Below, in pieces: positions 58,541-64,000 of a stretch of 64,000 nt of DNA. Source of the DNA: a virus. Taxonomy: Duplodnaviria > Caudoviricetes. The DNA lies in the IMG/VR virus record IMGVR_UViG_3300033066_002255. One strand, 5' to 3'. The translations under genes and the position numbers were made by a program. Position 1 is the first letter of the stretch. Every line of letters begins with the position of its first letter. Under the pieces are notes generated by a model. It did no database searches. It worked only from the letters and a program-made list of their open reading frames with translations, and had not been told where the DNA came from.

Positions 58541-59710
58541 ATGGGAAGTTTTTGCGCTAATGGCTGTTTAACTGGAATGACTACTTCGGAGCAAGTAGCA
58601 CTTTACAAGAGAATAAGATATTTTCTTGGTGAGCCTGTTATGGGAGTAGAGCTTGTAGATGAACAAATAGAAACTGCTATTTGTATTGCAATAGAAGAAT
58701 ACTCAAGTTATATAAACAACTGGGTAATGCAAAATAGATTAGGAGAGATGTTAGGTCTTCCCTCTGAAATTGATTTTACATTAAAATATGTTTCTAATAG
58801 TCTTTATTTTGAAAAATCTTATGCTACATCATTTGGTGAACAAGTAGGATTAGGAGCTAATAGTATTAGAGAAATTAAAACAGGAAGAATTACTCTTAGC
58901 GCTGGTACACAAGATTATTATTTGCCTGCTGGAATAGAAGTTGATAGTGTACTTTGGTTTACACCAAGTTTTATTAATTTATTTGGTTTAGACCCTTTTT
59001 CAAATTCAAATATTGCATTTACAGAATTTGGAGCTTCATTTGCAGGTCATACATTATATCATGTAATGCCTGTGTTTGATACTATTTTAACAGCTCAAGC
59101 TGCTGAATTACGTAACAGAGTAAGAGGTTCAGAATATTCTTATATTTTAAGAGGTGGTCCAAATGGACAAAGACTTTTAAAATTATTTCCTGTGCCACAA
59201 CCTGGAAACTCAACTGCTTCAGCTGGAGGTACAGGAACTCCTGGAACTTTATTTTATACTTATTATGATACTGTAAGTTTATATAGTGGAAATACTGCAA
59301 ACCCAGGATTTACAGGATATACACAAGCACAAATTGATGCTGGATTTCAGGGTAACGGATTGGTATCTTCTCCTGCTGATGTTCAATTAAATTTTATTAG
59401 TTATAATCAATTAAATGATACTGCCAAAAGATGGGTTAAAAGATATGCCCTTGCATTATGTAAGGAAATATTAGGTCTTGGGGTTAGAGGTAAATTTAAT
59501 GGACAATTGCCTATACCTGGAGCTGATTTAACTTTAAATAAAGACGATTTAATTAATACAGGTAGAGAAGACCAAGAAAAATTAATGACTGAATTAAAAG
59601 AGCAACTTGCTGAATTATCTTATGATAAGATAATGGAAAAAAGAGCTGCTGTACAAGAAGCTATTAATAAAAATCTTGGATATGGTCCTTCGGGAATTTA
59701 TGTTTTTTAA
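58541..59710 (+). CDS. Neck/head-tail adaptor (T4 gp13-like)
   Basis: LGEPV..VEL..EQ, WVKRYALAL.KE.LG..RGKF....PG....LN. Confidence 0.85.
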   Translation: MGSFCANGCLTGMTTSEQVALYKRIRYFLGEPVMGVELVDEQIETAICIAIEEYSSYINNWVMQNRLGEMLGLPSEIDFTLKYVSNSLYFEKSYATSFGEQVGLGANSIREIKTGRITLSAGTQDYYLPAGIEVDSVLWFTPSFINLFGLDPFSNSNIAFTEFGASFAGHTLYHVMPVFDTILTAQAAELRNRVRGSEYSYILRGGPNGQRLLKLFPVPQPGNSTASAGGTGTPGTLFYTYYDTVSLYSGNTANPGFTGYTQAQIDAGFQGNGLVSSPADVQLNFISYNQLNDTAKRWVKRYALALCKEILGLGVRGKFNGQLPIPGADLTLNKDDLINTGREDQEKLMTELKEQLAELSYDKIMEKRAAVQEAINKNLGYGPSGIYVF

Positions 59711-59728
59711 TTTTTTAATTTATAAAAG

Positions 59729-60295
59729 ATGTCTGACTTTAACGAAATAGGATTAAATCCTGAAAATATGGATGCTGCTGAGGCAAAGCCAAAAGGTATT
59801 GAATTGTTTTTCGGTTCAAAAGAAAGAGCTTTTTTTACAAATGCAGGAAGAGAAATTACTGAAGGTATATTAAAAGAGAGTTTTTTACTTTATAGAATTG
59901 ACCTTGAAAAGACACAAACAGATTTTTATGGTCAAGCTAAGAAAAAAGTTTGGCTTCCTGAAATAGAAATTTTTGGTAGAATTAATGTAGAAGTTCAAGA
60001 CCCAAAATATGTTACTAAAGGAGCAATAGAAAAGAAAGGTATGGGTAATATTACTGCTCATATTTATTTAGACCAATTGGAAGAGCTTGGTTTAATTACA
60101 AAACAACAAAACACTAATGTTATTGTAAGTGGAATTAAGATGGGCCATTTCATTGCTTATAAAGGACAATTTTATAAGATTATTGATGATGGATATTCTC
60201 AAATATCTAATGAGTTTTCATGGGGTGGAGATAGAAGATTCTTTATTACAATCAAAGGTGTTGAGGTTGATGAAGATATATTCCAAGGCCGTTAA
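59729..60295 (+). CDS. Neck/head-closure protein (T4 gp14-like)
   Basis: Position after gp13-like gene; LYRID...T..D.YG....K pattern. Confidence 0.65.
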   Translation: MSDFNEIGLNPENMDAAEAKPKGIELFFGSKERAFFTNAGREITEGILKESFLLYRIDLEKTQTDFYGQAKKKVWLPEIEIFGRINVEVQDPKYVTKGAIEKKGMGNITAHIYLDQLEELGLITKQQNTNVIVSGIKMGHFIAYKGQFYKIIDDGYSQISNEFSWGGDRRFFITIKGVEVDEDIFQGR

Positions 60296-60376
60296 GATGT
60301 AAGTTAAGGGTTTTATACCTATTTGGCGTTACTCTCTTATAATTAAAAGATTACTTTATATTAAAATATATTGTTA

Positions 60377-60612
60377 CCAGCTTTTAGTAAAAAACGTCAA
60401 AAACCAACGCCCCCTCTCATCCCCCAATTTCGAAAAATTGCTCCTAAAAGCCTAAAATAAGGCGTAGGAAGTACAGGCCGAACATATCAGCTATACTGGA
60501 CGAGAGTGGGCCTTTTGACGTTTTTATACTGGCTTGTGAGGTACCATCCCCCAGGGTAAAAACTCCTACATGTGAGACCAACGCCCCGAAGAAAACACAA
60601 TGTAGGTTAAAA
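60377..60612 (-). ncRNA. Candidate structured non-coding RNA or structured DNA element
   Basis: GC-rich island with nested stems, UUCG loops and G-U pairs favouring the minus strand; dedicated promoter; no ORF. Confidence 0.6.
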
Positions 60613-60620
60613 AATCATTT

Positions 60621-60652
60621 CAAATATAGACAATAAAAAACTTGAATCCAAA
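60621..60652 (-). promoter_or_regulatory. Bacteroidota primary-sigma promoter pointing into the structured element
   Basis: TTTG-N20-TATATTTG. Confidence 0.75.
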
Positions 60653-60682
60653 TTTTTTTTAAAACTATTTATTAATAAATAT

Positions 60683-61402
60683 ATGTCCATATTAGATAAC
60701 ATAGGAAAAAACTTGGATTCAGACTTTGAAAACCATGCTTTTTTACCACAAAAATTAGAGATTGTAGATTTGGACAAAGGGGTTTTTGAATTCATTAAAA
60801 ACCTTAATATTACTGTTACAGATGAAACAGGAAATTCAAGAGTAGTTCCAATCATATTTAATACTCATGAGCTTTGGGCTGAGAGAAGAATGAATTGGAA
60901 AAGTATGCGTAGTGAATATGGGGAAGAAATTACAAGACCCTTTATGGTTTTGACAAGAACAGCTGTAAAGCAAGGTACTTCTCCTCTTAAAAGAACTGTA
61001 CCAGTTAAGAAAAAATTTACATGGCTTAAAGTACCTACATTTGATGGGACTTTAAAAGGTTATGTTCTTTATAAGATTCCTCAGCCAACATATATTGATT
61101 TACATTATGAATTAGTTTTTGTAAGTACTTATGTTGATGATGTAAACAAATATTATACTAAAGTTTTAAGAGATGGATATTCAGATTTGCAAGGATATAT
61201 GAATATAAATGGTTATCATGTTTCTTCAAGAATAGAAGACCCAAGTGAAACGAGAGAAGAAGATTTGGCTAGTGAAAAGGTTTATGAAACAACTTTTCCA
61301 ATAATAGTCTTTGGAAAATTAGTTGACCCAACACAATTTGAGAGAGTAAATACAATTAATAAAATACAAATAAAAATTTCAGAGAAAAAATCTGATAAAT
61401 AA
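60683..61402 (+). CDS. Tail terminator/sheath stabiliser (T4 gp15-like)
   Basis: D.D.G..F, VPII....E.W, P.YIDL.YE; between neck and sheath genes. Confidence 0.7.
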   Translation: MSILDNIGKNLDSDFENHAFLPQKLEIVDLDKGVFEFIKNLNITVTDETGNSRVVPIIFNTHELWAERRMNWKSMRSEYGEEITRPFMVLTRTAVKQGTSPLKRTVPVKKKFTWLKVPTFDGTLKGYVLYKIPQPTYIDLHYELVFVSTYVDDVNKYYTKVLRDGYSDLQGYMNINGYHVSSRIEDPSETREEDLASEKVYETTFPIIVFGKLVDPTQFERVNTINKIQIKISEKKSDK

Positions 61403-61448
61403 AAGATTTTGATAATTTCTGAATATTTATAATAAAACTTTAAACCTT

Positions 61449-61703
61449 ATGGTTGTTAGAAATAAAAAGAATGGAACAAACATATTAGCTTTTAGGTCTG
61501 GAGTACAAAATGTAAAGATTTCAATAAAAGCAGGTGAAGTAGTTGAAATACCAAATTTAACAAATTATAGCCAAATTATTAATAAGGCTGATTTTGAAAA
61601 AAGAGGATGGTTTGAAATAGTTGAGTCGTTAAAAATTGAAGAAGAAACAAGTTTAGATAAAGCAAGGAAAGAGGTTAAATATTATGCCTCTGAAGGTAAA
61701 TAA
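61449..61703 (+). CDS. Small hypothetical protein
   Basis: ORF after TATTTAT at 61424. Confidence 0.65.
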   Translation: MVVRNKKNGTNILAFRSGVQNVKISIKAGEVVEIPNLTNYSQIINKADFEKRGWFEIVESLKIEEETSLDKARKEVKYYASEGK

Positions 61704-61743
61704 AAAAAGAAAAAAATAACAAACAAAAAAACAAATAAATAAT

Positions 61744-64000
61744 ATGGCAACAATTTTCGTATCACCAGGAGTATACACTAAAGAGCAAGACTTTTCAGTT
61801 TTTGCATCTCGTATTGGTATTACCAGACTGGGGTTAGTTGGTAAGACTGAAAAAGGTCCAGCTTTTGAACCTATAAAGATTAGTACTTCTGATGAGTATG
61901 CTTTAAGATTTGGTGGGACAGACCCAGATTTACCATTATCTTATGTGGCAAACTCATTCTTAACTCAATCAAATGAATTGACTGTAACAAGAATTCTTGG
62001 TAATACAGGATTTGTTAACTCACCAGCTTGGATAATAGCAGCATCAATGAGCGGTTCTTCTTCAGGAGCAACTTTAGCTGTATTAAGAAGTAAGAAAAGT
62101 CAAATTGACAATACATTTTATTTTGACCAAGAGTCAGATATTAAAATAGGCGGAATTACTTCTGCGCTTGGAGATTTTATTTTATCAGGTACAACAGGTC
62201 CTTTAACAGCTGGAACTATTACTGTTTCTTTAGATGAAACTAAAGATAGTTATATTACAAAAATTTTAGGTAAGAGTCCAAAAGTTATTTCTGGATTACC
62301 AAATTTCTATGTTGAAACAATTTATCCACACTTCTTAAGAGAAGCTGTTAATAGAGGAGCTGTTTTAAATATATTCAGTGCAACTGTATATACTCAAGAA
62401 GGTTCATACACAGATTATCAAAGTAGTTATACAAACGCTATAACTCCTTGGGTAGTTGGTAGAGTAGTAGGAGGAAGTGTAAGAGAATTATTTAGAGTTC
62501 AAACTATTTCTGATGGTGATGGTTCTAATAGAGAAATTAAAATTTCTATTGCAAATATTGACATTGTAAATTATACATTCGATTTAATTGTAAGAAGATT
62601 TGATGATACAGATGCAACAGCTTCTTCTTCAGCACTTGAAAGATGGTCAAATCTTTCTTTTGACCCAAGAAGTACAACTTACATTGGAAAGGTAATCGGT
62701 ACAACAGATGAATCTTATCCAAGAAAATCATCTTTCATTACTGTTGATATTGCTGAAAATGTTCCTACAACTTCAGTTCCAGCTGGTTTTAAAGGTTATA
62801 CTTTAAGAACTTCTGGTGTAAGTGGAACAACAGCTCCAGGGCTTTATTATAAAACAACTTATTTCTCAGGAGATTCTAAATTCAAGACTTATCTTGGTAT
62901 TTCTGAATTAGCTTATACAAGCTTAACTCAGAATATGGTTTCTACAAGAAATTCAGTTAAAACTTTAGAAGCAGATTTATTCGCTTATTATGGTGGTGTA
63001 GCAAGTGGTACAACTACAACTAAAGGTTTCCACTTAGAGAATACTGCTGATGCGTCTTTATTTATTAGTGGAAATAAAAATAGTTTAACAGCTTATACAA
63101 ATGATGCTCAAACTTTAATTGATAAGACTTTATTAAAGTTCACATTAGTACCATATGGTGGTTTTGATGGATGGGATAAATATAAGCAATATTCATATAC
63201 TTATGAAGAATTTAAAGATGCTTATCAAGATAATGTAGATGAATTTAAAGCAGGTATTGATACAATGGCAAATCCTGAAGAAGTAGATATTAACTTATTT
63301 GCTACTCCTGGTATTGACTTCTCAAATAATGAGACAGTTATTAGATATGCTCTTGATATGATTGAAAATAGAGCTGATTCTCTTTATATTATTGATTCTC
63401 CAAGATTAACTGTAGGTACTGAAAAAGGTACACCAGAAGAACTTGTATCAAGATTAGAGGCAACAGGTATTGATAGTAACTATTCTGCTACTTACTGGCC
63501 ATGGATTCAAATTGAAGATAATACAAGTAACTTATATACTTATCAATCTCCAACATTATTAGTTGTAAGAGCTATCGCCTTTACAGATAACGTTGCAGCT
63601 CCTTGGTTTGCTCCAGCAGGTCTTAATAGAGGTCTTGCAGGTGCAGGTGTTATCAGAACAGATATTAAGGCTGGTAAAGATGAGAGAGATGTATTATATG
63701 CAGGAAGAATTAATCCAGTTGCATTCTATATTCAACAAGGTATTTCATTGTGGGGTCAAAAGACAATGCAAGTTAGACAATCTGCTCTTGATAGAATTAA
63801 TGTTAGGAGATTACTTCTTCAAGTAAGAAGATTGGTTTCTGCTGCATCTTTAGGATTAGTTTTCGAACAAAACGACCAAACTTTAAGAGACCAATTCTTA
63901 GCAAAGGTAGAACCTATTTTATTACAAATCCAAAACCAAAGAGGTTTAACAGCATTCAAAGTTGTTATGGATGATAGCAATAATACAGCTGATACAATTG
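61744..64000 (+). CDS. Contractile tail sheath protein (gp18-like), truncated at window end; absent from the ORF track
   Basis: MATIFVSPGVYTKEQDFS, G.T.KGPAFEP, YSATYWPW, PWFAPAGLNRG, WGQKT.Q...SALDRINVRRLL, FEQND. Confidence 0.95.
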   Translation, partial: MATIFVSPGVYTKEQDFSVFASRIGITRLGLVGKTEKGPAFEPIKISTSDEYALRFGGTDPDLPLSYVANSFLTQSNELTVTRILGNTGFVNSPAWIIAASMSGSSSGATLAVLRSKKSQIDNTFYFDQESDIKIGGITSALGDFILSGTTGPLTAGTITVSLDETKDSYITKILGKSPKVISGLPNFYVETIYPHFLREAVNRGAVLNIFSATVYTQEGSYTDYQSSYTNAITPWVVGRVVGGSVRELFRVQTISDGDGSNREIKISIANIDIVNYTFDLIVRRFDDTDATASSSALERWSNLSFDPRSTTYIGKVIGTTDESYPRKSSFITVDIAENVPTTSVPAGFKGYTLRTSGVSGTTAPGLYYKTTYFSGDSKFKTYLGISELAYTSLTQNMVSTRNSVKTLEADLFAYYGGVASGTTTTKGFHLENTADASLFISGNKNSLTAYTNDAQTLIDKTLLKFTLVPYGGFDGWDKYKQYSYTYEEFKDAYQDNVDEFKAGIDTMANPEEVDINLFATPGIDFSNNETVIRYALDMIENRADSLYIIDSPRLTVGTEKGTPEELVSRLEATGIDSNYSATYWPWIQIEDNTSNLYTYQSPTLLVVRAIAFTDNVAAPWFAPAGLNRGLAGAGVIRTDIKAGKDERDVLYAGRINPVAFYIQQGISLWGQKTMQVRQSALDRINVRRLLLQVRRLVSAASLGLVFEQNDQTLRDQFLAKVEPILLQIQNQRGLTAFKVVMDDSNNTADTI

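Noticed and set aside
60377-60612. tRNA, tmRNA, RNase P, SRP or retron msr-msd identity for the structured element
   Set aside because: No cloverleaf or signature motifs recognised, and no reverse transcriptase in the window
60607-60855. 82-aa minus-strand ORF near the structured element
   Set aside because: Mostly antisense to the gp15-like gene and runs through the promoter; not a credible protein
2324-63826. Many short antisense or alternate-frame ORFs in the track (e.g. 2324-2542, 5422-5757, 17955-18335, 21249-21608, 52674-53216, 62546-62731, 63593-63826)
   Set aside because: They are shadows of longer genes with recognisable motifs, and have no leaders or plausible composition
1-64000. 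Stop-codon reassignment as seen in some Bacteroidota phages
   Set aside because: Structural and metabolic genes are full length under the standard code; TAG and TGA act as real stops

Overview
A 64-kb, strongly AT-rich segment of a large T4-related (myovirus-type, probably jumbo) bacteriophage genome read with the standard genetic code. The host is most likely Bacteroidota: there are four perfect TTTG-N19/20-TAnnTTTG promoters, and the leaders are A-rich without Shine-Dalgarno motifs. The right end is a T4-like morphogenesis cluster: gp21-like prohead protease, scaffold, gp23-like major capsid protein, neck proteins, tail terminator, and a tail sheath gene that runs off the window. The middle holds a ~13-kb minus-strand sugar-nucleotide/glycosyltransferase/methyltransferase locus whose core looks like a GDP-colitose pathway. 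The window also contains an endolysin, IF-3, PhoH, APRT, thioredoxin, a gp55-like sigma factor, a gp5-like baseplate spike, two vWA proteins and two free-standing endonucleases. Main observations: (i) about 15 unrelated late proteins share short helical terminal tags, one also found at the scaffold C-terminus, and two of them are ADP-ribosyltransferase-like proteins sitting next to the endonuclease genes; (ii) an endonuclease cassette appears to have inserted into colD, leaving two synonymously divergent copies of the gene's N-terminal segment; (iii) a GC-rich, highly structured non-coding element with its own host-type promoter lies antisense between the neck and tail genes; (iv) there are three promoter classes, the late one being the reverse complement of the T4 late promoter. 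All functional calls come from motif recognition by eye; no searches were run.
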